The notes below the pieces were generated by a model. It did no database searches. It saw only the letters and a list, made by a program, of their open reading frames with translations, and was not told the origin of the DNA. Positions 24,953 to 38,849 of a DNA stretch of 64,000 nt are shown here, piece by piece. Origin of the DNA: Octopus bimaculoides (taxonomy: Eukaryota); NCBI RefSeq assembly GCF_001194135.2, contig NC_068994.1, forward strand, positions 31,380,840 to 31,444,839, given 5' to 3'. Numbering within the stretch: position 1 is the stretch's first letter; every line of letters begins with the position of its first letter. The translations under genes and the position numbers were made by a program.

Positions 24953-25843
24953 AAGTGATGGTGTATTGTCAACTTAATGTGACAGTCCCATGAAAGAAAA
25001 GAATGCTACTGCTATTTAGCCCTAGGAAACACCATTTCCTGTTGGCCATGACACATTTTCTGTGTCCTTGTTTTCAAAGGGGGAGATAAGCACCTCCACC
25101 CAGCAAAGCCAGCATCCGGAGACTAGTTTCAGAGACATTGCTTATCATCTGTCTGGAGTAGCACAAATCCACCTACCTCCTCATCTTTCTCTTCACTTGG
25201 TGTAGCCGCTGGGCTTTTTCTAGGTGTGGCAGCCAGACTTACAATTAGCTTCCCCTCTGCCACATTGGAGCTGATATCTCTTATATCTTCTGGATAGCGA
25301 GATTTCAGCTCTGAAAAAGGGTTCCGTTCATTTATTGCATCTGTAATTACCTACCGCCTGAACGGGTGAGGATGCGTACGAGATGAGCGAGCGGTGGGCG
25401 TGATAGACCGGGCATCTGTCCATTTCGTTCATAGTTCCTGGGCCTTTTAGGTAACTGCGCATAATCCCCTCCCTGAAAAGAAAAAGACTATAAATTAAAT
25501 CTAATTATTTCATAAAAAGTTTTTAAAATAACAAAGCATCATTTGAACTCATTATAACATTTTTTGTTTGTATTGTCCTGTATCGTACCATCTGTGTATG
25601 ACATTTGTTGTCCTAATAAAAAATTCAGCTAGTAACCCATGCTACTCCAGACTGATGATGAGCAATGACTCTAAAACTAGTCTCTGGATGCAGGGTGGAG
25701 GTGCTTATCTTCCCCTTTGAAAACATAAGGATACAGAAAATGTGTCATGGCCAACAGAAAATGGTGTTTCCTAGGGCTAAATAGCAGTAGCATTCTTCCC
25801 TTTCATGGGACTGTCACATTAAGTTGACAACATATCATCACTT
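24953..25843. mobile_element. Element with ~205-210 bp inverted arms, each containing a minimal hammerhead motif (PLE-derived, inverted pseudo-LTR architecture)
   Basis: Arms 24953-25163 and 25640-25843 are reverse complements. Hammerhead motifs lie at 25646-25688 (+) and 25115-25157 (-). Confidence 0.75.
25646..25688 (+). ncRNA. Minimal type I hammerhead ribozyme motif, degenerate
   Basis: Stem I TCCAGA/TCTGGA, core CTGATGA, stem II GAG/CTC, palindromic ACTAGT then TC. GAAA is mutated here but intact in the inverted copy, which instead has CAGATGA. Confidence 0.65.
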
Positions 25844-27079
25844 CAATATATATATATATATAAAGTATTTGGATTCTTCCACGGAGGAAGCCGATGTTCA
25901 ATTCACGTGTTTGCTGACTGTATTGTTCAGGTGTCTCGCTTGTTTATAACCAGGAGTCGAATTGTATGAATGCGGTGTAGAGCATTAATTTAATATAACT
26001 TTTGGAATACGTTATAAGTTATTTATTCAGATTTGTAATGGTAACATTTGCTATAACACAGCAGGTAAACAATAATAACAAGAAAAAATGTTCACAAGAA
26101 ACAAATTCAGTTGGGGTATTCGTGATGTAGGAATTGCTGTTTGTGTAACTAGTGTTTTTGCTTGTTTGAATAGACAAAGCGTGTGTGTACAAAAAATATT
26201 ATTTGTATAACAGTTGTTCGTGCAACCGTGTTCTCGGGCTGGTAGTAGTCAACAGTCGAGATGTCTAAATTAGACAGGTGACAGTCCTTGTAAAGTGTGT
26301 GGTATCTGACAGCAGCTGACTTTGTAACACTGGTGTGGGGTCTGCTGGCAACTAACTTTCCTTGGCCAAATGTCTTTCTATTTATAACATTTGGTGGTTA
26401 CAGCGCTGACAAGTGAAGCTATGTCTAGCTAACACTCCCTTGATTTATTGGTGTCGAAGTTCAAGTGTTTTGGCCATTAATTTTTGCCAAACATTTTCTT
26501 TGTCATTCGTTATCTATAGTGGATCCCTTAGTTTTACAAGCAATTCACTTGAATGTGTGGTATTTTGTTGGGAAAATATACTTTTGACCGTGGGAAACAT
26601 TTTCCTCTGAGGTCGAGTTGTGAGCTGAGAGATTTGGGTTCAGTTTTGAGTCGAAATCTCTCACATATATATATATGTATGTGTGTGTGTGGTCACAATA
26701 TGTGTCTCGGGCAGAGTTTAGTAATGTTTGTTCGCTGTCATAGTGGAAAAGACAATCACACCATGTAGGAAGCCTTTGTATCAACAATGTTTATCGTTAT
26801 CTGTATTTGTTGAAATATTGCAACCACTTAACTCATCCTACAATTTACATATTCCTCTAAATCTTCACTAAATTGTTGAGGCAGGAGAAATTATCACATT
26901 NNNNNNNNNNNNNNNNNNNNNNNNNNNNNNNNNNNNNNNNNNNNNNNNNNNNNNNNNNNNNNNNNNNNNNNNNNNNNNNNNNNNCATCTCATGGTTACAT
27001 AGAAAATATTCTTCTTTTTTTTTTTTTATGGTTTCATCAAAAGAACAACAGTGTTCACAATCATTTTCAGAACGTTTAA

Positions 27080-27288
27080 CCCTTTAGCATTTAAACTGGT
27101 CATATTCAGCCTAAATATTTATGTTCAAACTGACCAATTCTGGCTTCTCACACCTACTTTACAATGACATTCTAAAAATAAGTAATCACTTCATTGAAAT
27201 TTTGAGGCTACAAGTTAACAATTGTTAATTCAATAGAATGTGAATAAATAAGCATTACATTTGACAGAGTAATCTGAATGTTAAAGGG
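27080..27288. mobile_element. piggyBac-type MITE (family of 15708-15916, opposite orientation)
   Basis: CCCTTTAGCATT...AATGTTAAAGGG with TTAA/TTAC flanks. Confidence 0.8.
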
Positions 27289-28333
27289 TTACAAGTGTTA
27301 GGAGACAAGGAGAAATTTATCCTCAGATTGAAGCCAAAGCCAAAATAAACTCCACTAGAGGCACCCAATGACCAGATGGGTGTTGTTAAATTGGTCAATA
27401 GGTTAAAGAACTATCCAAAAAGAGGAACAATCCCTCAAATGGGTGCACAGAATTTCCATTAACCAAATTTAGTTTGGAAGGCTTTGGTTGATATGAGGTG
27501 ATGACAGAAGATGCTTGCTCAAGATGCAGAGGAATGTGATGAAAGATCCTGCTTAACTTAGGTTTTTCTGCAACAAACCCACCCTCATATCTTGAATCAG
27601 TGAATAATTCTTCTGCAGAAACATTCCAAGATATGAACAAGAAAATCTCTCTTCTTAATTTAAGACTTTCTTGTTCTTGGTTGTCTCACCAGAACTAAGA
27701 ATCGTGATTTTTTAAAAATGTATTTATGATGAACCTAACATAAGACAGACTGTTGCACACTGGTGATCACATATTCAGAACCCAGGTTGTAGATCCAATG
27801 GAGGCTTCCCATTGAGTTTTCTGGTTCCACCAGAGGCTTTGATCTCAATATTGTTCATAAACAAAACAATTATATTCTGCTTCAACCATTTACAGCAGAC
27901 AGCCATAGTGATACTATATCATGGTGCCAATGTAGAGTTAATTGAACTACTTCAGTGAGACTTCAGTGTCTTAACCATGAACAACATACACTTCCAGTGA
28001 GGAATTTAAAACCCAATATTCCTGCATCATTTACTTGTTTGTTTTTACTGTAAATTATAACTGAGCTTGTAATACTTACTAATTAATTGTCATTCTGTCT
28101 ATTAATGTGATATATAGGAAAGTTACTCAAAAAACCATTTTGTGATAGTCACACATTATGTGGCTTTGTAGCATGTTTCCAGAGATTGCTTTTTTTGTCT
28201 GAGGCTGAAATCAATAAATTGGAAACAAAATAAAAAATGCATAAAACATAGAATCACTAAAAATATTTTCTTTTTATTTTATAAAAATATAAATTTTGTT
28301 TACTCTGTGTATGAGAGTGTGTGTATAAATATA

Positions 28334-28656
28334 GGCACGTGGCTTAGTGGTTAGGGCATTCGGCTCACAATCGTAAGGTCATGAGTTCAATTCTCAGTGA
28401 TGCGTTGTGTCCTTGAGCAAGACACTTTATTTCATGTTGCTCTAGTCCACTCAGCTGGCAAAAATGAGTAGTTCCTGTATTTTAAAGGGCCAGCCTTGTC
28501 ACACTTGGTGTCACGCTGAATCTCCCTGAGAACTACGTTAAGGGTACACATGTCTATGGAGTGCTCAGCCACTTGCATGCTAATTTCATGAGCAAGCTGT
28601 TCCGTTGATCGTATCAGTTGGGACCCTCATCGTCGTAACCGATGGAGTGCTCCAAC
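28334..28656 (+). mobile_element. tRNA-derived SINE, family B1
   Basis: A box TGGCTTAGTGG, B box GAGTTCAATTC, central gtccttgagcaagacact domain, 3' half shared with 53263-53646. Confidence 0.88.
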
Positions 28657-29664
28657 TATATATATATATACATATATATATATACACACACACACACACA
28701 TAAACAAATACCTGTATATCAAATACCAGCAACATAAATTGTTGATTTATTAAAGTTATTTCCACTGCCAGAGGAAGCATTACAATTACCAAGTAGCAAA
28801 TAAGACCAGTTCCATCTGAGAATGGGAGATAAATCTCAATAATTCTCCAAAGTTGACATGCCATTAAGAAAAGGAGAGGTTTATTGTTTGGAGATAAGAG
28901 AACAGTTGTGGACACATTTCTGCCTCAGTAAGCATCATCACCAAGACGTTACCCAACCTTATCTTCCATAGCCAAATGACTTAGTCTTGTGTCCAAGATT
29001 GTCCTCTATCTCCACACAATAAGCCTGTCCTTTTCTCAAAGGGCACGACACTTTGAAAAATTCTTGAGATTATCTCCCCTTCTCATGGAGCTGATCTTAA
29101 TTGCCATTTTGGTAATTATGACACATCCTCTAAAGGTGAAGATAATTTTGATAAATCAAAAAGTTATGTTGTATGGTATTTGGTATATCTGTATTTGTCT
29201 ATGTTATTCAAAAGTATGCCACTGGTCACTCTGAGTTATTTCTCTTAACTCATTTTTGTCTAAACTATCCCCATTTCATTTTGATGTCTCTGGTTTAAGC
29301 CAGATCCACAGGTCGATAAAGACGTTTCCTCTCACTCCATTTAGAGTCACAGCACAATCTCATCACAACCACTGAAATTTTTTGAAAATTATGCTCAAAA
29401 TACTTTCACTCTATTAAAATATATTTATTCTTGTACTTGGTAAACAAGAGTATCATAGCATACAGATTCTCAATGGACCAATCATTGGTTCGTTGGTTTA
29501 TATAAGCAGTTCCAAACCATTTTACCATCACACTTTTTTTTTTAGCAAACCAATAATCTTCAATGACCCATTTAAAAAAAATATTTAAAAAGAAACAATT
29601 TTATGAAAATTTAATAAAATCAACAAAAAATACTTACTTTGAAGAAATATTCCTTAGGTTTTGA

Positions 29665-29935
29665 TCATCATCAATATTTTAATGTCCATTTTTCTATGCT
29701 TGCATGGGATGGATGGAGCTTATCGAGGCAAATTCTCTACAGCCAGATGCCCATCCTATTGCTAACCCTTACCTGTTTCCATACAAGGTAATATTTCCCC
29801 ATGGCCAGACATATTTTTGCAGAGTGTTGGGAATGAGTGATATTTAATAACAATCATGTGGTGTCAAGACAAGGAAACACAAAATACTATTTCTCTTTCA
29901 CACACATGTATACGTATGCACGATGGGCTTCTTTA
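29665..29935 (-). mobile_element. RTE-tail SINE fragment
   Basis: catcatc...tttaatgtccatttttctatgcttgcatgg...ctacagccagatgcc, homologous to the other RTE tails. Confidence 0.7.
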
Positions 29936-30525
29936 ATATATTATGCATTAGTTGGAGTGGTGTTCTCATCTTGATTGTTGTTTTCACTACATTTTGGCTG
30001 TGTACATGCCAGCCTTCTGGAGCTTATACAGCAAAAACATAGTGAAAGCAACCACCAAGATGAAGACACCATTTCAACTAATACATAATATATAAATTCC
30101 TCATCTCAGAAAAACAGAATTGAGCTTCTCTTTGACTTTCTCTCTACCACATCTATTCACAAGGTTTTGATCAACCTGGGGCTTTAGGAGAAGATGCTTG
30201 CCCAAGGTGCCATGTAGTGGTGAACCCAAACCCAGGTGGTAGGTTGGCTCTTATGCATTATGGCTAATTATATAACATATTCACAAACATTTTACATTTT
30301 ATTAAATATTTCAAATGTAAAAGATTTTATCTTTGCAATGCTTTCCAATCTGGATTAAGATCCATAGTTTATGAACAGTTGGTTTATATGAAGTATCAAA
30401 TTATATTGAACCATTATTAGACATGGAATTATGTTTTCCATGCTAATATGGACAGGGAGTCTATACAGATTTAATAATTACACTGCTTAACTCTGACAAC
30501 TCAAATATGAAATGTAAGCATTGAA

Positions 30526-30741
30526 CCCTTTAGCATTTAAACTGATCACATCTGGCGAAAATATTCTGTTTTATGTTCAAAGTGACCAAATCTGGCCTCT
30601 CACACCTACCCTGCAATGTCATTTTTAAAATAACAAATCACATCATCAAAATTTGGAAGCTACAAGATAAAGCATAATTAATTCAAAACAATGTGAATAA
30701 ATAAGCTCTACATTTGACAAAATAATCTCAATGCTAAAGGG
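30526..30741. mobile_element. piggyBac-type MITE (family of 15708-15916)
   Basis: TIRs CCCTTTAGCATT / AATGCTAAAGGG; flanks TGAA and TTCA. Confidence 0.82.
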
Positions 30742-30774
30742 TTCATGTCTGTTCAGGTTGAAGTAAGGATGATG

Positions 30775-31240
30775 GGTTGGCAGAATCATTAAAACAGTGT
30801 GTTCTGAGTTCAAATCTCACTGAGGTCAGTTAGGGGTTTCACCCCTCTGGAGTTGATAAAATAAAGTGCCAGTCAAGCACTGGGGTCAATGTAATCTACT
30901 AAATCACCTCCCCTCAGAATTGCTGGCCTTGTACCTAAATTAGATACAATGTATGCTGTAAATAAAGTGTAGTTAAGGTAGCTTTAACATATTTAATGCA
31001 GAATGTATCAATATTCTATTTAGAAAAAGGCAGTGAGGTGACAGAATCATTAGTAAGGTGGACAAAATGCTTAATGGCATTTTGTCTATCTTTATGTTCT
31101 GAGTTCAAATTCTACTAAGGTTGGCTTTGCCTTTCATCCTTTTCAGGGTCGATAAAATAAGTACCAGTTGAACACTGAGGTTAATGTAATCAATGTATTC
31201 CCTCCCCGCAAATTGCTGGCCTTGTACCAAAATTTGAAAT
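30775..31240 (+). mobile_element. Two adjacent copies of tRNA-derived SINE family C (about 30775-30945 and 31027-31240)
   Basis: ctgagttcaaat...gcctttcatcctttcagggtcgataaaataagtaccag motif occurs twice; also at 51670-51895. Confidence 0.75.
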
Positions 31241-32385
31241 CAATATTCTATTTAGAAATGAATTATGTAGTGAGGAAAAGATAACATAAACTCAATGAGT
31301 TATATTATTTTAATTATTTCAGCAGAGTATGGGAGACATCTTTTGGTCTTATTAGATTTTCTCAGCAAAGCTTTACCATATTTGCTGATGTTGTTTTAAG
31401 AGAATCACTAATTAGATGTACAATATTATAAATTATTAAGTGTGAAAAATATTAGCATATTTAAAATCATAAATCATCAATCACAGAAGTTAATTACTCA
31501 GAGACATCATCTGCATGAAAAAAATTAGTTAAGTGAGAGTTACCATATTTAATGTATGTAGATTTAAATGACATGTATCAGCAGATAAAGGAACATTTCC
31601 AAAAAATATATTTTGAGATAAAATTTACAGTTTGCTAATTTGCATCATACAAATACACACAAAATGGCTGAAACAGGTCTTTTAAAATAAATGCTTAGCA
31701 ACAGCAAAGACAAAATAACTATAAAATACAATTGAGTTAAATCCATGAATGAGAAAGGAAAATTGAGTGAAGGCAGATGAAAAAAATGAGAGAGAAAGAA
31801 AATTCTTTCAAGGAAAAAGTTAACGACACAACTGGTTTACAAACAAAGGGTTTTTTAAGAGATACTTTTGTATTTTATATAACAGAACAAATTGTTCCCC
31901 AAATAAGACATCTAACCATATTTCTTCTGTGAGTGAGATGATTGTAAAGGTCTTAATATTAGTTGAAGATATAGTATGAAAACTTGCATTAAACAATCAT
32001 TAAAAATAATATATTACTAGCAACCTCATTTGCTATGTTGCAATGGAGAAACATTTATAGACTTGAATTGCTTCAGGATGATTTGAAAATGGCAAATAAA
32101 GAGAAACCTATAAAAATTAGCAACATACAGATCTATGAATGCAGTTTCTCAAATAGTTTCTCATACTCTTGGAGTATAAGCAGAGTGAAATGTCACCTTT
32201 CCATATGTAAATTAACATTCCAGTATTGCAACATGTACTAAGGAGTTAGTATATTTCATACATTTGAGACAGTCCAACGTATAGAAATAAATAAACAATA
32301 ATGATGAAGATGTAATAGAAGTGACGTAACCTAGAATAGAAAATATAAGAAATAATACATTATATATTTTCTTAATCACTTGTTG

Positions 32386-32457
32386 AGTGGAGTATTGCTG
32401 AGGAAGTGTGCTGGGCCCATAACCCAGAAGTCCATAGGCTGAAACTATGCTCTAAGA
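32386..32457 (+). pseudogene. Initiator tRNA-Met pseudogene
   Basis: Ungapped similarity to the eukaryotic tRNA-iMet consensus, with an intact anticodon arm CTGGG-CCCATAA-CCCAG. The acceptor stem, D arm (A box) and T arm carry many substitutions. Confidence 0.85.
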
Positions 32458-33274
32458 TATGGATACTATTTTCAATATTTATACACTGCAGCTGAGTTGT
32501 CTACAAATATACCAACCATCTGTTATGGGTCATTAAAGTACCAGACATGTAATGAGATTGATTCAACCAATAAAGTACACCTAACTTTGTACCAACGTAA
32601 AAAAAAACATTGTTACTGAGGTTGTAGATTCACAAAGGGAAAATAAGATGATGATAAAATAGGCTGTAAGGTTTGGTTCTGTCTATATTTTGGAAAACAT
32701 CAGTATTTTTGGGTGATTTAGATAAACATTTCATAGAACACCTTCATGTACCAATCAATATTTGTATGAACAAGACTCTAACGTCAGCATAAAATCTGTA
32801 CTACTCACCATAGATTTTCCACTTTATTATATCAATATGTAGAAATTGTATTTGTGTACACGTATGTGTGTTTGTGTACAAGTATGTATATATGATCAAA
32901 TAAAAGATTATCAAGTCGATTATTCAAAGTATTTAATTGTATGCAACTTCATGATTTTTACACACATAAAAAAAAAAACAGGAGTAAAAAGAAAATGTGC
33001 GAAGTGGGAAAAAAAATAATAGTTCTCAGTCCAAAGTGCGTCCATGTTCAAGGCAGTCAACACAAAGATTAATTATGTCTCATAAGTTCTCAATACTTAA
33101 TGAACCCAATAAATGAATGAGGCAGACAGAAATACATGTGTTCCTTGAGTGTGTGTGCATGTATACATGCAATGTTTTCTCTAAATTTTGGTGTATGCAT
33201 GTGTGTGTATATGTGCAGAAATAATTTGCTTGTGTTCAAATTTTGTTATTCTTTGCAAATTATATGTGCATCCT

Positions 33275-34500
<1,226 letters not shown>

Positions 34501-34817
34501 AGAGAAAAAATGACTATATATATATATATTACATATAAATCCAAAAACCAGAATCAGAACATAACAGACGATGACAAAAATATATGGACAGACAAGCAAT
34601 ACAAAGATGGACAGGAAAAACCAGGACGGATCATTCATGGTCTTCTGTTCATCAATCAAGCTTCCAATTATCATTACAGTTTCAGCCTGTTACACTTGAG
34701 ATTGTTCAAAATTGGTAGGCCCCAAAAATCTAAGCTAAGAGCATTAAATTATACAAACAAGAGAATTACAATAGGTGTCTTTCAACTAAAAATGATAAGT
34801 TAAGCGGGCATGTACAT

Positions 34818-34942
34818 CTATATATATATACACATATATAGTATATATATACATATATATATATATAGATATATATACATACATATATACATATATACAC
34901 ACACATATATATATACATACATATATACATATATATATATAT

Positions 34943-35008
<66 letters not shown>

Positions 35009-35026
35009 ATATATATATATATATAT

Positions 35027-35057
<31 letters not shown>

Positions 35058-35104
35058 CACACATACATATATATATATACACACATACATATATATATAT
35101 ATAT

Positions 35105-35152
<48 letters not shown>

Positions 35153-35170
35153 ATATATATATATATATAA
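34818..35170. repeat. Compound (TA)n / (TA)n-CACACATAC microsatellite
   Basis: Read directly from the sequence. Confidence 0.95.
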
Positions 35171-35242
35171 GTTCAAAAAAACAATAACAAAAAAACAACA
35201 AAGTGAGGATATATATACATACATATTATACATATATATATA

Positions 35243-35586
35243 TTCTTTTACTTGTTTCCATCATTTGACTGTGGCCATGCTGGAGCACCACCTTTAGTCG
35301 AACAAATTGACCCCAGGACTTATTCTTTTATTAGCCTGGTACTTATTCTGTCAGTCTTGTTTGCCAAACCGCCAAGTTATAGGGATGTAAACACACCAAC
35401 ATCGGTTGTCAAACACGCACACAAATATATATATGATGGGCTTCCTTCAGTTTCCGTTTACCAAATCCACTCACAAGGCTTCGGTCAGCCCAAGGCTACA
35501 TTAGAAGACACTTGTCCAAGGTACCACGCAGTGGGACTGAACCTGGAACCATGTGGTTGAGAAGCAAACTTCTTACCACACAGTCA
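35243..35586 (-). mobile_element. SINE family A copy
   Basis: Reverse complement of the family A head, centre and tail. Confidence 0.88.
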
Positions 35587-36148
35587 TATGTATTACAGCT
35601 TGCCCAGAGGTGGAAAGACAACACATTTGACTCTTTGCATGATCTTCAAAGACAGAGGTGGCAGGAAGAAACTTTAACACATAGGTTTTTATTTAGACTG
35701 AGGGTCTTAGTGTAAATGCTTGCAAAAGAGTGAATTCTGCTAAAGGCACCCAAAATTCAAGTGCTGGTTTAAATTGTATCAAATTAAATCTGCTGCCCAT
35801 GATTTTGTAGTTGATTATGAATGGAATGTAGTCATATGATTTGTGTTCAATTTGTCCTGGCTCAGCTCTGCTCCTCACACTGAAGACTAAATCTCCACAC
35901 CTTCATATCTATGTGCTGGACAAATGTAGTATCATTTACAATGTTGCTCCACCTACACAATGTAGCAGTAAAATTTTCCACAAATATCTCCTTACCGTAT
36001 TTGAAACAACCACATGCTGAAAGACCTAGTGTTAGGACAGCATGTTCACAGCAGAGAGCAGACAAGGATACTCAACAAGAACTATAACAACAATAATAAA
36101 CATATGTGTAAGTGTGCAAACATGCATGTGTGTGGTATAGGTAATGGA

Positions 36149-37105
36149 TTACACAAACTCATTTTCAATGTTAGGTTTCCACAGGCCAGATAAGTCCTCA
36201 CCAAGATGTATTCTCATGTGCCTTTTTAAGTTACTATTCTGTGAGAAGTTCTTCTTACATATCTCACATTGGAATGGCTTCAAACCAACATGCGATCGCA
36301 GATGTCTCTGAAAGTTGAAGTTCTGAGAAAAAGATCTACCACATAACTTACACTCAAATGGTTTTTCACCAGTGTGTACTTGAAGGTGTTTTTTTAATGA
36401 AGAGTTTTCAATGAAATCCCGCCCGCAGATCTCGCAGTGATAAGGTCTTATTCCAGTATGAATGCGACTATGCTTTTGAAGATATTTACTGCACGTAAAT
36501 GCTTTCCCACAGATTTCACAGTAGAAGGACCGTTGATTAATATGAATCTTTAGATGTTGCTGCAAATGTTCATGCCGTAAATATTTATTATCGCAAATAT
36601 GACACCAAAACATCTTCTTGCCAATATGTGATTTCATGTGTCTTTGAAAGTTGAAGTTTTGAGAGAAATCTTTCCCGCACATCTCACAGTGAAAAGGTTT
36701 TTCTCCCGTGTGTGTCTGTAAGTGTTTCTTCAAGTCAGAACTTTGAGTGAACTTCTTCCAACAAACCTCACAAGTGAATGGCTTCTCTCCAGTGTGAGAT
36801 CGCAGATGTCTCTGTAAATTGCAGTTCTGCGAGAAGTCTTTCCCACATAACTGGCAGTTAAAAGGTTTCTCACCGCTGTGCAACTTGAGATGCCTTTGAA
36901 AGTTGAAGTTCTGAGCAAAAGACTTTCCACATACTTTACAGTGGTAAGATTTCTCACCCGTGTGTAATCTCAAATGTCGTTTTAAGTTACAGTTTTGAGA
37001 GAAATCCTTCCCACACAACTGGCACTGGAATATCTTCATTGACATCATATTTGACCGAAATAAAGGAGCATTTGAAAGTGTACACGTGTGCATATATCTG
37101 TACAC
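36149..37105 (-). CDS. C2H2 zinc-finger protein (gene 2), 10 tandem fingers; probable start ATG at 37048 or 37045
   Basis: Ten CxxC...HxxxH repeats with TGEKP-like linkers in one uninterrupted ORF. A candidate upstream acceptor (ttttcttttccAG) lies at 37457-37458 on the minus strand. Confidence 0.93.
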   Translation of the reverse strand: MYRYMHTCTLSNAPLFRSNMMSMKIFQCQLCGKDFSQNCNLKRHLRLHTGEKSYHCKVCGKSFAQNFNFQRHLKLHSGEKPFNCQLCGKDFSQNCNLQRHLRSHTGEKPFTCEVCWKKFTQSSDLKKHLQTHTGEKPFHCEMCGKDFSQNFNFQRHMKSHIGKKMFWCHICDNKYLRHEHLQQHLKIHINQRSFYCEICGKAFTCSKYLQKHSRIHTGIRPYHCEICGRDFIENSSLKKHLQVHTGEKPFECKLCGRSFSQNFNFQRHLRSHVGLKPFQCEICKKNFSQNSNLKRHMRIHLGEDLSGLWKPNIENEFV

Positions 37106-37621
37106 AATAGTTTAGATGTTTAGTTATGAGTGCACAAATGCAAATATATATATGAAAATATATGTATGCGAGTGTGAGCACTTGCCTGTATAAAAATATA
37201 TATTATATAGTTTCTATTTACATAAATATCTATTCACACACATTTATATATACATCTGAATTTTCAGTAAGCAGCACAATGATAATACTGTAACATATTA
37301 AATAAGGGATGATGTTCCCATTCAATTTGGCTTTTTCACAAAGTCTTTCCCTTTTACTTCAGTTTATAGACTGACTTTCTCAGGATACATATGTGCATCT
37401 GTGATGATTGATTCACTTTGAGTCACTTCAATGACTTTTTTCTCAGTCTTCAAATACTGGAAAAGAAAAATTAAAGCATGATTACAAAAGAAAATATAAG
37501 TGTGTATACATCATCATCATTTAACATCCATTGTGGAGTACCTGATTCATGAATTTCTTACTCTACTCTTGGATTACACAACCTTTTAATTCATTCAGAG
37601 TACATCGTTTCTGCACATTTG

Positions 37622-37725
<104 letters not shown>

Positions 37726-37744
37726 CATACACACACACACACAT

Positions 37745-38100
37745 ATACATGGTCGTATGGTTTAGAAGTGTTTCCCAACCACATGGTTTCGAGTTCAGTC
37801 CCAGTGCATGCCTTCTGCTATAACCCTGGGCCAACCAAAGCCTTATAAATAGATTGGTTGAGGAAAACTGAAATATGCCTATTGTGTGTGTGTCCTTGTC
37901 TTGGCATCACACAATTGCTGCAAATGAATGTCATACATTCCCAATATTCTAAACATGTGTAGCCATGGAGAAATATTACCCTGCTTGAAAACAGGTAAGG
38001 ATTGATAACAGGAAGAGCATCTGGCCATAGAAAATCAATTTCAATAAACTGCATCCAATCCATGCAAGCATGGAAAAGTGGACAGTAAAGACTATGATGA
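37745..38100 (+). mobile_element. SINE with family A head and RTE-type tail
   Basis: A-type head (ccaaccacatggtttcgagttcagtccc...gccaaccaaagcc) followed by ...catgcaagcatggaaaagtggac...(GAT)n. Confidence 0.7.
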
Positions 38101-38849
38101 TGATGATACACACACACACACACACAAAATGCATATATATACACATCTCAAAAGATGAAGCAGTAGAGCAAGAAAGAGAAAAAAAATAATAACAAGAGAG
38201 AGATGGAGGAAATAAACTATAAAGAATTTTAAGAAAAAGGGAAAACAAGAAACGAAGTAAGATGTAGTAAAGTACTTTACCCCCTGTTTTCCCAAATGCA
38301 TACTTATTTTTTGTACAAGTTGCATTTTTTCTTGTTTATTTAATTCTGTCAGCCAATTTATGCATCAGCACACACTCACACATTGAAAAGATCTTGCATC
38401 AATTTCAAAGAGAGTATTCTAGTTGTTCAATCAATGAAACTAACCCCTCATTGCATTAGGATGTATGCAAGTGAGCAACTCACAGATATTTGTACCCTCG
38501 ACATATTCCCTGTGTAGACTCAGCATAAACAGAGAATGAGTTTGCAGGTACAATCATTTCTTGCACATTCCACTGACTCAAACCAAAGCTACAGCAGAAG
38601 ATGCCCAAGCTACAATAGCATAGTAAGATCAAACTCAGGATCTTATTACTGACATATGAATGTTTTAAACCCCCACCCCAATCTTTGGAGAAATGGTAGG
38701 GTGCTGAAATAAATATCTTATGGTTGTGTTCTTCTAAGCTCAAAGTCACTTTTGTATTTCCCTTCACTGGGTTTAACATTCTTCCAAAAGAGTTAACATT
38801 TTCATCACAAGCACTACAAAAAAAAAAAGAAAATACTTATTTCACCGAC

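Noticed and set aside
25860-28050. Possible decayed PLE or other transposon coding remnants at about 26100-26850 and 27400-28050
   Set aside because: Only isolated 3-4 residue motif resemblances in stop-ridden frames; not supportable by eye.
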